Below are positions 13,989 through 25,172 of a DNA stretch of 64,000 nucleotides, in pieces. The notes beneath the pieces were generated by a model. It was not told where the DNA came from and did no database searches. It worked only from the letters and a program-made list of their open reading frames with translations. The stretch comes from Camelus ferus (taxonomy: Eukaryota), in the NCBI RefSeq assembly GCF_009834535.1, contig NC_045696.1, forward strand, positions 10,356,001 to 10,420,000. The letters are read 5' to 3'. The translations under genes were made by a program, and so were the position numbers. The stretch's first letter is position 1. Each line of letters begins with the position of its first letter.

Positions 13989-14302
13989 CAGGAGTCACCA
14001 AATTCTTTCTGTAAGGGGCCAGATAGTAGATATTTTAGGCTTTGGGGGCAGTCTCTTACAAACTCATTTCTGCCTTACAGCACAAAACGCCTTAGTACAT
14101 AAATGAATGTCACTGGGTCTCAATAAAAGTTTATTTATGGGCCCTCAAATTTAAATTGCATATACTTTTCATGTGTGCTGAAATGTTATTCTTCTTTTGA
14201 TTTTTTTCCAACCATTTAAAGCTGTAAAACCGTTTCTAGCTTATAGGCTGTACAAAAACAGCCAGCAGGCTGGATTTGGCGTGTGAGTTGCAGTTCGCCC
14301 TG
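13989..14302 (+). mobile_element. MER58B-like hAT-Charlie MITE
   Basis: caggagtcaccaaattctttctgtaaggggccagatagta...gctggatttggc...gttcgccctg, with degenerate terminal inverted ends. Confidence 0.75.
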
Positions 14303-15496
14303 TTATAATTTACAAGACTGTTTCCAGCTCAAACATTTTATGATCATGTACTTGGCTTGACTAGAAATTAAAGTCCGAAGTTATTAATCCCATCTGTTAG
14401 TCATTTATTTGACAAAGTAGAATACTATAAAAAAGGACTATCTTACTCAAATAATTCCTGTCCTTTACCCCAGATGACAGGCCAGCCCCATGCCACCTCT
14501 GGATGTTTACTGAAGTAGGATGGTGCCCAGAGGGGCAGCGTGGTCGGACTCCGTTGGGTGAAGCCAGTCGGGTGTCACTGGAAACCCTCCCCATAAGGCA
14601 ATAACCTTGAAGAGCCTGGCCCGAGAGGAACCTGGAAACAGCGCTGGCCCTGGGCTTGGACTCTGAGTCTGCCACTCACTTAAGCCATTGCCTTTAACCA
14701 AGAAGGGCTTTCTGGGCCTGAACCACAGTGACCACCTGCCCCAGGACAATGGACGGATTCTGCCCCAAACCCAGTTCAGCCTTATCGGAATCTGGTCCCC
14801 ATGGCCAGCCTGCTTGCCCCTTACTAGCTGGGATACCTTTAATGGAGGGTGGCACAGAAGAGCTTACTTCTTGATTATCTGTCCCGCTTTCTGCTGGGCC
14901 TGGACTCTGAACCAGTTTTTTCTGCCATGTACATGTCCTCCTCTCCCCACTGGGCAGCATCGCATGGCCCGACAGAGAAAGCTCTTCTATCTCAAGTTTC
15001 CTAAATGATCTGAGGGACGTCTTTCCAATTTCCATCTACTAACTCTCTCAAAGCTGTCCCAACTCAAGGTGCACCTAATTGATAAAGAAGATGTCTCACA
15101 TGAGGACTTGCCTGAGGTGGGTGGGGGCTGCGAGTAGGCGTCCTTTCCTCTTATCACCCTGGATGGCAGCGTACACAATGATGGGTTACAAATTCAGCCC
15201 AAGAGCTAATCCCTCACCAGAGGCACAGGGCCCCAGCCAAGAGAAGGTGATTCCATCAACTAGTGCTAGAAGCTTCGTGTACCTGCCGTCAGCGTCTCCT
15301 CTTCCCACTGTCAAAGTTAGGCTGCCAGGAGGTGCTTCTTTCTAAAGCAGACCTTATGGCAGTGTCACTTTGTGTGTGTGTGTGTCGAGAAGAGGAGTGA
15401 AGCTACGTGTCCATTTCCTAAATCTTATGAGTCGTGTAAATGGGTTTTTAACCCATAGCCTCTGAACAAAAGAGCCCATCTATACTTGCACCATCA

Positions 15497-16616
15497 ATCA
15501 AATGGGACCTAATGAAACTTACAAGCTTCTGCACAGCAAAGGAAACCATAAACCAAACAAAATGACAGCCTATGGAATGAGAGAACATTTTTGCAAAAGA
15601 TGAAACTGACGAAGGCTTGATCTCCAGAATATATAAACAGCTCATACAACTTAATAGGAAAAAAAATAAACAACCCACTCAAAAAATGGGCAGAAGATCT
15701 AAACAAACGATTCTCCAATGAAGACATATAAATGTCCAATAGGCACATGAAAAAATGCTCAGTATCACAAATTATCAGAGAAATGCAAATCAAAACTACA
15801 ATGAGGTATCACCTCACACCAGTCAGAATGGCCATCATTCAAAAGTCCACAGATTATAAGTGCTGGGGAGAGTGGAGAAAAGGGAACCCTCCTACACTGC
15901 TGGTGGGAATGCAGTTTGGTGCAGCCACTGTGGAAAACAGTATGGAGATTCCTCAAAAGACTAGGAATAGACTTACCATATGATCCAGCAATTCCACTCC
16001 TGGGCATATATCCAGAAGGAACCCTAATTCAAAAAGACACCTGCACCCCAATGTTCACAGCAGCACTACTTAGAATAGCCAAGACATGGAAACAACCTAA
16101 ATGTCCATTAACAGATAACTGGATAAAGAAGTTGTAGTATATTTATACAATGGAATACTATTCGGCCATAAAAATGACAACATAATGCCATTTGCAGCAA
16201 CATGGATGTCCCTGGAGAAAGTGAAGTTAGGCAGAAAGAGAAAGAAAAATACCTTATGATACCACTCATATGTGGAATCTAAAAAAAAAAAAAAAAAGGC
16301 AAATGAACTTAAATATAAACCAGAAACAGACTCACAGACGTAGAATACAAACTTGTGGTTGCTAGCATGGAGCGGGGTGGGAAGGGACAGACTGGAAGTT
16401 CGAGATTTATAGATACTGACAGGTATATATAAAATAGATAAACAAGTTTATACTGTATAGCACAGGGAAATATATACAAGATCTTGTAGTAGCTCACAAT
16501 GAAAAAGAATATGAAAACAAATATATGTATATTCATGTATGACTGAAAAACTGCTATACACCACAAATGGACACAACATTGTAAACTGACTAAAACTCAA
16601 TTAAAAAAAAAAAAAA
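15497..16616 (+). mobile_element. L1 (ORF2 C-terminal remnant, 3' UTR and poly(A)), 5'-truncated
   Basis: ORFs contain L1 ORF2p motifs [28 protein letters not shown] and [28 protein letters not shown]-tail present. TSD acttgcacc(a/c)tca at 15484-15496 and 16617-16629. Confidence 0.92.
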
Positions 16617-16972
16617 ACTTGCACCCTCAGAAGACTTGCAGGCCCAGTAGGTATTACTGCTGTCCAGTAGCTAATTCTCTTTATAAGCCTTGCGCAATAC
16701 AAGTGACACATCATGTACAAATGAAGTGCTTACACAGTGCTGAAAATCCCCTTCACAACCTTTCAGGGGATTAAGGGATCAGGTGACACAGGTCGAAAGT
16801 TCTTGTCACGTGATCACGAGGCCTCAGTAGCTCTACTGGGTGTTACTTAAGAAAACAAAAGCTTAGCTACACTAATTTTTAGAAGTTGAAACTTCGCCGA
16901 AGATACGCCCAAATAAAGAAGGTGAAGAGGAAAAACTTCACGTAGGCTTTTAAAAAGCAAATTATGCAGTCT

Positions 16973-16978
16973 TTTATT
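16973..16978 (-). terminator. IFNGR2 polyadenylation signal AATAAA
   Basis: Plus-strand tttatt = AATAAA on -, ~450 nt after the stop codon, followed on - by U-rich sequence. Confidence 0.7.
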
Positions 16979-17427
16979 TCTAGCTTGAAAAAAAAAATAC
17001 TTAAATTACTAGGAAACTATTTACAAGATTAAGCACATTTTAAGCCAGGAGACTGGATGTGAAGGGCCGCTCAGTGCCCCTTGTTGGGACAGGCCAGGGC
17101 AGGTTACGTGACCTGCCCGAGGGGCTGAAACTCCTTGCCAGAATCAAGGAGAAGACCCCGTCTCCTGACTGCCTGGCCCAGCCAACAATGCACAAAATAT
17201 CAGCGTGGGGCCACGGCCATGTTGCTAACCAATAGTTCTGTGTCTTTTTAGTGTTTAAAAGAAATCTTGATTGTTTTGGTATGTAGAATCATTCTAGAAA
17301 TGAGTATGATTTAGAAAATTCTTTGTTTAAAGAAAAAAAATCAGTCTGTCTCTCCCATGAGAGCCACGACCTCTCCCCAGGCACCCACGGGTTTCTTGGT
17401 GACAGGAGTATGGAGTCCTGAGCTCCC

Positions 17428-17646
17428 TCAAGTCCTGACGGTAACATCAGTGGGTTCACTGGCTTGGAGTCCTCCTTCCACGGGCTGCTGGCTCGGACCT
17501 GCGCTTTGGTTCACAGTGCTTTGGAGAACATCTTCTCCCTCATTCTCTGGGGACAAAACGATGGACACAGAATCCCAGGCATCATCCTTTGGCGAACTGT
17601 CGTTGTCCAAGGCGTCTAAGATGGGCTGATCCGGGTCCTTTAAATA
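17428..17646 (-). CDS. IFNGR2: IFNGR2 exon 7 (coding part, cytoplasmic tail)
   Basis: tcttctcaag|TAT; YLKDPDQPILDALDNDSSPKDDAWDSVSIVLSPENEGEDVLQSTVNQSAGPSQQPVEGGLQASEPTDVTVRT*. Confidence 0.95.
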   Translation of the reverse strand, partial: YLKDPDQPILDALDNDSSPKDDAWDSVSIVLSPENEGEDVLQSTVNQSAGPSQQPVEGGLQASEPTDVTVRT

Positions 17647-18246
17647 CTTGAGAAGATTGAAAACCACCATCATGATTAGTTTCTCAGTTCAAAACACCAG
17701 ACCTTTCTGCTTTAGTTTTAGTTGGCACAATCCTATTTTATGCAGGGGTAGCTTCCTGTTCCGCCCACCAACGAAAAAACCACTAACACCTGAATATCCC
17801 CTTCACCCCTCATCTCGGTAACGTGCACACGGATCCAAGGACCAACCAGGGGAACGCTCTGAAGGCGTGAAGGGGCATCACTCAGGAAAAGCAAGTTCTC
17901 ACTTGCTGCACTGGATGCGCGCTGGTGGATTATTCATCCTGAAAGGTCTCTGGAATTCTAACTTTTCGGTGAAGGAGGAAACGGGACCTCTCATTCACCA
18001 ACAATGGGGGCAAAGAGGGGAAGCTCACAAGCATTTTTCGCAGCCCACTCTGCCCACCGGTTGTTTCTACTTCACACACACACACACGGTACAGAGGATC
18101 TGGGCCCACAGTGGTGGCAGTGCGGCTCTGGGAGGGTCAGAAAGTGCAGGTCTTCAATGCGAAGTGATGGCCCACCCGGCCTGACTCTCCCTGGCCCTCC
18201 TGCCTGTGCTTTGGGCTTAGCCATAAGCCTAAAGTCATAACCAAGT

Positions 18247-19178
18247 GACTAGAGCTCCTTCTAGAAGCACCACTCTGTCTTTATAGACCAGCTGTAACAC
18301 CCTAAGATTCTGTTTCCAGTATTTTACCCTGATTTTACTTGGTAACTTTACCCAGTTACCAAGAACCTACTGCCTGGCTCTTGGAAAGCCTGAAAGGTAC
18401 TGAAATACAGTAAGCTTAGCGCTGGCTGATTCAAAGAGGAACAGTAATGGATCATGTGCACTTGTGAAAGCTCGAAAATATAAGTGAAACATGATTCATT
18501 TTTCACACGTTAACTTCAGTGACCTTTGATGTAGATTTTTCACACTTTCCCAGGAAAGTGAATCGAAAGACTTTATTGTTTTAGATTAAAGCTCAGAAGG
18601 AAACAGCTAGTAGTAAATTCACATACTAGGGCCCAGCTGCTATTTCCACTCTGAGAGAGAGATTACGAATGCAAGTAAAACTCTGAGTTGAGAGCTGTTA
18701 TGTACGTTGTGACAATATTAACCATGGAAGGTTTTTGTTTTTGTTTTTCTTTTTGTGGTAAGAACATGTAACATGAGTTCTACCCTCTTAGCACATTTTT
18801 ACGTGCGAAACACAGTACTAACTACAGGCACGACGTGGTACAGCAGATCTCTGAACTTACTCATCCTGCAGAACTGAAACTTAACACCGTTTGAAAGCAC
18901 CTCCCCGTTTCTCCCTCCCCTTGGCCCTGGTAACCACTATTCTATTCTCTGCTTCTGTGAGTGTGACTATTTTAGATGCTTCTTGCAAATAGAATCCTGC
19001 AGCATTTGTATGGAGGTTCCAGTATGGAATTTAACATACAATTTGCATAATGTCTGTGTACCTTAAACACCTGACACCGATAAAGACAAGAGACTAGAGC
19101 TCTTTCTAGAAGCACCACTCTGTCTTTATAGACCAGATATAACACCCTAAGATTCTGTTTCCAGTATTTTACCTTGAT
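18247..19178. repeat. 87-bp dispersed direct repeat (18247-18333 and 19092-19178)
   Basis: gactagagctc(c/t)ttctagaagcaccactctgtctttatagaccag(c/a)t(g/a)taacaccctaagattctgtttccagtattttacc(c/t)tgat; 4 mismatches. Confidence 0.9.
18750..19008 (-). mobile_element. L1MA/MB-like 3' fragment
   Basis: ttttgtggtaagaaca...taacatgag..ctaccctctta...cagcagatctct...ccctggtaaccactattctattctctgcttctgtgagt. Confidence 0.7.
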
Positions 19179-19640
19179 GTTACTGATGAACGATAAACCC
19201 CCTAGAAACAAATACTTCTAAATATTCTTTTTTTAAAAAAATCAAAGCATCGGATGAAATTTTTTAAAGAGATTTCAGTTTTTGAAATACATAACTATTA
19301 CAGCACAAACACAGCATTTACAGGTTCTAAATACGTCTACATATTCTTGATCAGCTAACTTCTGAGCCTAATAATGTCCTTCCTGGCTGTGACCTCAGAG
19401 GGCCTGGCTGCCACAAGGAGCCTCAGCAGGGCTGGGGCTGGGCAGGAAAACAAGACTTTCCGCAAGACCCACTCACTCCACTTTTCTTTCTTAAATCTTT
19501 TAAAATACTAGTAACATTCCCTGAGCCCTCGATGTGCAAGGCTTTGTGCTCATGGCTCAGGGTGTGTTTACCCCAGAATCCTCCTGAGTGCACTTTGTCT
19601 GACCCAGAGCTTGGGCTCTTGACTGCTGTTTCCACTGCCT

Positions 19641-19730
19641 TCACGTCATCCAGCCAGGCTCCCTGGGGACATCACGTAGTCCGGCCAGGCTCCCTGGGGG
19701 CATCACGTCCTCCAGCCAGGCTCCCTGGGA
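19641..19730. repeat. 31-bp minisatellite, ~3 copies
   Basis: tcacgtcatccagccaggctccctggggaca / tcacgtagtccggccaggctccctgggggca / tcacgtcctccagccaggctccctggga. Confidence 0.9.
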
Positions 19731-19826
19731 CTGATGTGTTGCCTCGGAACCTCCTGCAGCCGATTTCTTGGTCCAGCCAGACCAGGCCACCTTTTTGGCC
19801 AACCTCGTGCCATTTAAAAATTTTCT

Positions 19827-20496
19827 TAAACTGAACATAGACTTGCCCTATGATCTAGCAATCCTACTCCTAGGCATATATCGGAGGAAACTCTAATTGG
19901 AAAAGATACATGCACCCCAATGTTCACAGCAGCACTATTTAAAATAGACAAGACATGGAAGCAACCTAAGTGTCCATCGACAGATCTAGATAAAGAAGTT
20001 GTGGTACATTTATACAATGGGATACACTCAGCCATAAAAAAGAACACAATAATAATGCCATTTGCAGCAACATGGATGGACCTGGAGATTGTCATACTAA
20101 GTGAAGTAAGCCAGAAAGAAAAAGAAAAATACCATATGATATCACTCATACATGGAATCTAAAAAAAGGACACAAATGAACTTATTTACAAAACAGAGAC
20201 AGACTCACAGACATAGAAAACAAATACGGTTACCAAGAGAGGAGAGGGTAGAAAGGGGTAAATTGGGAGTTCAAGTTTGCAGACACTAACAAATATACAT
20301 AAAATAGATAAACAACAAGGTCCTACTGTAGAGCACAGGGAACTATATTCAATACCTTGTAATAGCCTATAATGAAAAAGAATATGAAAAGGACATCCAT
20401 ATCTGTATCTATATATGTGTAACTGAATCACTGTGCTGTACACTAGAAATTAACACATACATTAACTATACCTCAATAAAAAAATAAAATAAAAAA
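19827..20496 (+). mobile_element. Lineage-specific L1 3' portion
   Basis: ORF2 end [36 protein letters not shown], then 3' UTR and aataaaaaaataaaataaaaaa tail. Confidence 0.9.
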
Positions 20497-21060
20497 TGTT
20501 TAATTGTGGTAAAATACGTATAGCATAAAATTTGCCATCTTAACCATGTTTAAATGTACAGTTCAATAGTGTAAAGCACATTCACAGTGCTGGGCAACCA
20601 CCACCACCATCTGTCTCTAGAACTTTTTTCATTTTGCAAAACTGAAATTGTCCCCATGAAACACTAACTCCATTGGCACAAAATTGTAAACCAACTATAC
20701 GTCAATTTAAAAAAAAAAGTATAAACACTAACTCCACATTTCCTCCCTCCCTCCAGACCCTGGCCATCACTATTTCACATTCTGTTTCTATGAAGATAAG
20801 TACTCTAAGTACCTCATTTAAATGGAATCATGTAGCATTTGTCTTTTTGTGACTAGTTTTCCTTATTATACTGTCCTCAAGGTTCATCCATGTTGTGGCA
20901 TGTGTCAGAATCCCCTTCCTTTTTAAGGCTGAGTAATATTCCATTCATACGTCCACCACATTTTCTTGATCCATTCATCCATCGATGGGGCACTTGGGTT
21001 GCACCTACCTTTTGGCTATTGTGAATAGTGCTGCTAAGAACATGGGTGTACAAGTAACCA
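20497..21060 (-). mobile_element. L1MB-like fragment containing a 50-bp young L1 3' tip (20673-20722)
   Basis: taattgtggtaaaata...catcttaaccat...tcaaggttcatccatgttgt. The inner insert is flanked by TSD aaacactaactcca at 20659-20672 and 20723-20736. Confidence 0.8.
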
Positions 21061-21178
21061 AGAACCACTTTTAATGCAAATCTCTGCGCCCTTGGCTTTG
21101 CCTGTGGCTGTACTCCCATGTGGTACCAGGAGGCGTGGAGGGCTGACACATCCCCCTTTTCCGTGTGTGCACACATAC

Positions 21179-21336
21179 CTCTTCTAATCGTGCTGGGATC
21201 CCTGGCGGAGACTGAAACCAGTATTTAACCAAGCTTCTGTATTTCTGGACCAGGAAGAGACAGGTCCCTACCACCACCGACAGCAACAAAAAGGTTCCCA
21301 CGGCGATCAGGATGACTTGCTGAAGCTTGGCAGAGG
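21179..21336 (-). CDS. IFNGR2: IFNGR2 exon 6 (transmembrane and JAK2-binding Pro-rich box), 158 nt
   Basis: tctctttag|CC...GAAGAG|gtatgt; (A)SAKLQQVILIAVGTFLLLSVVVGTCLFLVQKYRSLVKYWFQSPPGIPARLEE. Confidence 0.96.
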
Positions 21337-21720
21337 CTAAAGAGACAAAATTAAAGTGAACAAGATGAGCATCCCACACGTAACACAAACACGGTAATTT
21401 CTCATCCGCCGCTGCGATACATGGAGTTCATGTCCCAGCGAAATGGACGGGTACTGCCCCGCTTCCACCCAGCCTTGTGTGCTTCAATTAATAGCTAGGA
21501 AAGGCAATGCTAAAACAAAGCGTTAGCTGTCTGGCAGCTGTCCCTCCTGGAGACTTTAACACGAGCTCATTATGCCTACAGTTCAGTGCTGTCTGCTCAG
21601 CCCCTTCTCTCTGGGTCTCCCCATGCTCACCGCCCTTCACCTAATTAGCAACCCCTGATTTCACGATTTTAGGAGTAATCTTTTCCCAGCTCAGAAAGGA
21701 CTTCAGAAAGCGTATGTTAC

Positions 21721-21880
21721 CGCCTGCTGTTGTCTCGGAGCAAGATATGTCGCTTAAATGCCCAGGTCTCGAGATTTTCCCGCTTATCCAAAACAGTTCT
21801 GCCTTGACTTGAAAACAGTATGCTCTTAAGGGTTTTAAATTATTCAACGTGATGAAGTTGCTCCTGTTAGGGCGTGTAAC
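21721..21880 (-). CDS. IFNGR2: IFNGR2 exon 5, 160 nt
   Basis: ttttatgtag|GTT...GGCG|gtaaca; VTRPNRSNFITLNNLKPLRAYCFQVKAELFWISGKISRPGHLSDISCSETTAG (FNIII LKP..YC.QV.A motif). Confidence 0.95.
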
Positions 21881-22099
21881 CTACATAAAAAACACCAACA
21901 ACCATATGTGAAAATTACCCGCATGGACATGATCAAGCCCCTCCCATCTATTCCAATGTTTCCTCAAATTCACACTGAACACAATAACCAAAGAATAAGA
22001 TAATTCTGTTGTTAAAGAAACAGAATACACATTCTACATGCTTACAGTGGACAAATTTCATATATGAAAACTGATGAATAGTATCAAGAAAGATGCTGA

Positions 22100-22261
22100 C
22101 ATACACAGCACAGGGAATTATATTCAATACCTTGTAACAGCCTACAGTGAAAAAGAATATGGACAGGAATATATATGTACATATGTATCACTGAATCACT
22201 ATGCTGTACATCAGACATTAACACAACATCGTAAACCGACTATACTTCAATTAAAAAAAAT
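22100..22261 (+). mobile_element. Young L1 3' end
   Basis: agcacagggaattatattcaataccttgtaac...tatacttcaattaaaaaaaa. Flanking repeat aaaga(t/g)gctga. Confidence 0.8.
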
Positions 22262-23144
22262 AAAAAGAGGCTGATGTCTTCAGGGCTGTGTTTCTGGCTA
22301 TGAGGCCTCAGGGGTCCCACCAAAGACTCATCACGGCAACGGAGGGTCCGAAGCTAAAACTGCAAATTTCAATTGCGAGGATGAAGCTTCCTCCTTTCAA
22401 CTTAACATTTTGTATCTCATGGTGAATCTCATCTAGATACTTGAAATTAGTCAACAAACAGAAGAACAGTCATTCTAAGAAATAATGTTCCTTTGGTTCT
22501 CAAGCTGCTTCTGGCTTTCACTGGAAAGTGCTGGTTCCTTTTAGAGTGCAGATGGAAAAGGTCTTAGTGACTCATGTCATCAGGAAAGGGCTGGGTCCCA
22601 AATTCTTAGAGGAGTCTGTCTCCTCTCCACCTCCCAGCCTCTACCCTCCCTCAGGTCCTGTCACCTCCACACCTCCAGTCAATGGCTTCTCACTCCCGGC
22701 CTGGACAAGGCTGTCATTGCTCCACAGGGAAACAAGGAAAAGATACACCATATTATGGCAATACAGGACTCCTTAAAGGGCTGCTTTCTTATTATGAGAT
22801 ACAGTAGACAGGCTACAGCCATCTGGAATGGCGGGACATAACACACGCTCAGTGTTGTGGAAAGAGGAAGCTGCATATATATGTTGATTGAAAAAAGGCA
22901 GATTATTCAACAGTATATAGAACATGACCTTATTTTTAAAAACACAAAATAACCGTGTTGTACACGAATAGCAGGATTACAGATGACTTTTAATTTTTCC
23001 CCTCCTGTTTAATATTGATGACCACCAGGGCAGAGGAGAGAAATTTTTGCTCCTGATGCCACATCCAGCAATTTTAAGGACGGCATTCCTTTATGAGTTT
23101 ATTTCAGCAGCCACTTGGCCTTTCCAAAATTCAGAATCACAGGC

Positions 23145-23621
23145 CGCAGAGAAGAGCTAACATTTAGGCCTGACACTGCAGTCCGGAGAAAGGCTTGGTT
23201 GCACGGCTGACGCACGGCTGGCATTCGGGGAGTGGCCTCACCATTCCCGGATAAGGGTGGTTTAGTGTATAAACAATGCTTTTGGTGCTGAACACTTGCT
23301 CTCCTGCTGGGAGCCTGGAGTTTGGGTGTATATACTAGGCAGAGGGTGCCTATGTGACCACCCCCAGTACAAGTTCCAGGCGCTGAGTCTCTAAGGAGCT
23401 CCCCTGGTTGACAACATTTCACACGCTGTCAAGCTTCTTGCTGGGGGAATTAAGTGTGTCCTGGAGGACTAGGGACAGTTCCTGGAAGCAACTGCCTAGA
23501 TTCCTTTAGACTCTGCCTTGTGTCCTTTCTCTGTAATAAATCACAGCCTCGAGGACAGCTAGGTGCTGAGTCTCGTGCGTCCTTTAAGCAAACCTAGGAG
23601 TTGGTCTTGGGGACCCTGACA
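23145..23621 (+). mobile_element. MER21-like LTR (solo)
   Basis: cgcagagaagagctaaca..ggcctgacactgc...ctaggcagagggtgcctatgtgacca...ctgtaataaatcacagc...ggtcttggggaccctgaca. Confidence 0.75.
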
Positions 23622-24862
23622 TGCAGACTCACAGCTGCAATGGAAAGCATACTGGTCGGTGGCTTTCACAGTCACTTTGGCCCCAGAATCTTTTGCTCAC
23701 AAAAGTCCAAAGTATAGATGCTCTGGCTGAAAAGCAGAAAGAGGAATCCCTTCTGGATTTTTCCAGGCCTTCTCTATTCCAGTGGACCAGACCTTGACCT
23801 CCGATTTTGGAAAATGAGTCTTTCCTTCATCCCTGTATGCTGGGAGTCTGTTCTTCAGTGACTTTTGCCTTCTCCGTGTTCTCAGTCACCACAAAGAAAC
23901 GACGTGCAAACGTGGACTATGTTGGAGAAGAGCGACAGTTAAGAGCATGAGGCTCGATGTCCCCTCCGCTCCGCTAGCTGTCAGCTGCCGCCCTTGGGCA
24001 AGTCACGTAACCACTCAGTTTCCCTCCCTGTGACACAGGGTGGTGTCAAGATTAAATGAGATTAAATGTATCTCAAGTGCCTGGCCCAGTGCCAGATACA
24101 AAGAAAGCTCTGTATAAACATAAGCTCTTATATTATAAAAAATTATAATAATGTGGGACGTAGGAAATCATGAAGTTTACATAGATAATAAAACATCATT
24201 AACTGCAGTTTGGCTGATCAGACACTGGAGGTGATTAAACGCCATCCTTTTTCTCTTGTGCCACCCAGGGCTGACCGGGCCCCTTGGGTCTGACCCACCT
24301 CTGTCAACCCAGCACCCGCCCCAGGCTCGCACACGGCCTGCATTTCTGATGGATCCAAGCACTTGCAGCTCCCCAAATGTGCGGCGCCTTCTTGAACCTA
24401 CTGGTCCTTCTCCCTAGAACGCTCTCTCTCCTTCCAGTAAGTGAACTTGTCACCTATTCACATCACACTCTTTGCAAACTGTTCAAACCAGAGGCTTTTA
24501 TATGGTTAAACCTTGCAGGCTGCAGTAGCAGATTCCTTGCTGTAGAAACAGGCCCACAGAACCTCCCCAAACTCCGGAGTGTGGCAAAAGCACCAGGGAC
24601 TCCAGCTGAGTCCAGGTGCAGACAGCGGGGCCGTGTGACACCAGGCAGAGAGGGCCCTAAAGGCGGGTCTGGTGGGAGAGGAGTCTCCGCACGGTGAGCA
24701 GAAGCAGGGGTCCTGAAGAGGAGGGTCTGCCCACTAAGCCTCGGCCTCTCAGGGGATACTGGGATGCCTTATTTCCCTTGGCCGTTTTAAAGGAGACCTT
24801 CTTTTGCTATATAGAAACTCCAAAGAAAAGAAACTCAAAACAAAGAAGAATAATGCTCTTGC

Positions 24863-25008
24863 CTGTTGGATTCCGCCCTTTTCCCAGTAATAGACGTAAT
24901 ACAAAAAATAGGCTTCACTGGCAGGGACGTCAAAGGGAGAAGAAAACTTGATGTTAAAGGAGCCTTCTTCTGGGGTCACCCAGATGTTTTCTGGAGGTCC
25001 GATGGTCG
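24863..25008 (-). CDS. IFNGR2: IFNGR2 exon 4, 146 nt, GC donor
   Basis: ctatttcag|CG...CAACAG|gcaagag; (A)TIGPPENIWVTPEEGSFNIKFSSPFDVPASEAYFLYYVYYWEKGGIQQ. Phase 0 into exon 5 requires the GC donor. Confidence 0.92.
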
Positions 25009-25048
25009 CTGAAATAGAATTAAAAAGTCAATCAGTCAACCTATGTGC

Positions 25049-25172
25049 GTATATATACACATACATACATAACCACGTCATATATATATATACACACAAT
25101 ATGTATATTGTATGTGTAATTACAGTCAATGATATATAACATATATATATAATTATGTACATACACACATAT
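25049..25172. repeat. (TA)/(CA)-rich low-complexity tract just upstream of the exon 4 acceptor
   Basis: gtatatatacacatacatacat...tatatatatatacacac...atatatatat. Confidence 0.8.

Noticed and set aside
19641..19730. CRISPR-like array
   Set aside because: Head-to-tail repeats without unique spacers, in mammalian DNA. It is a minisatellite.
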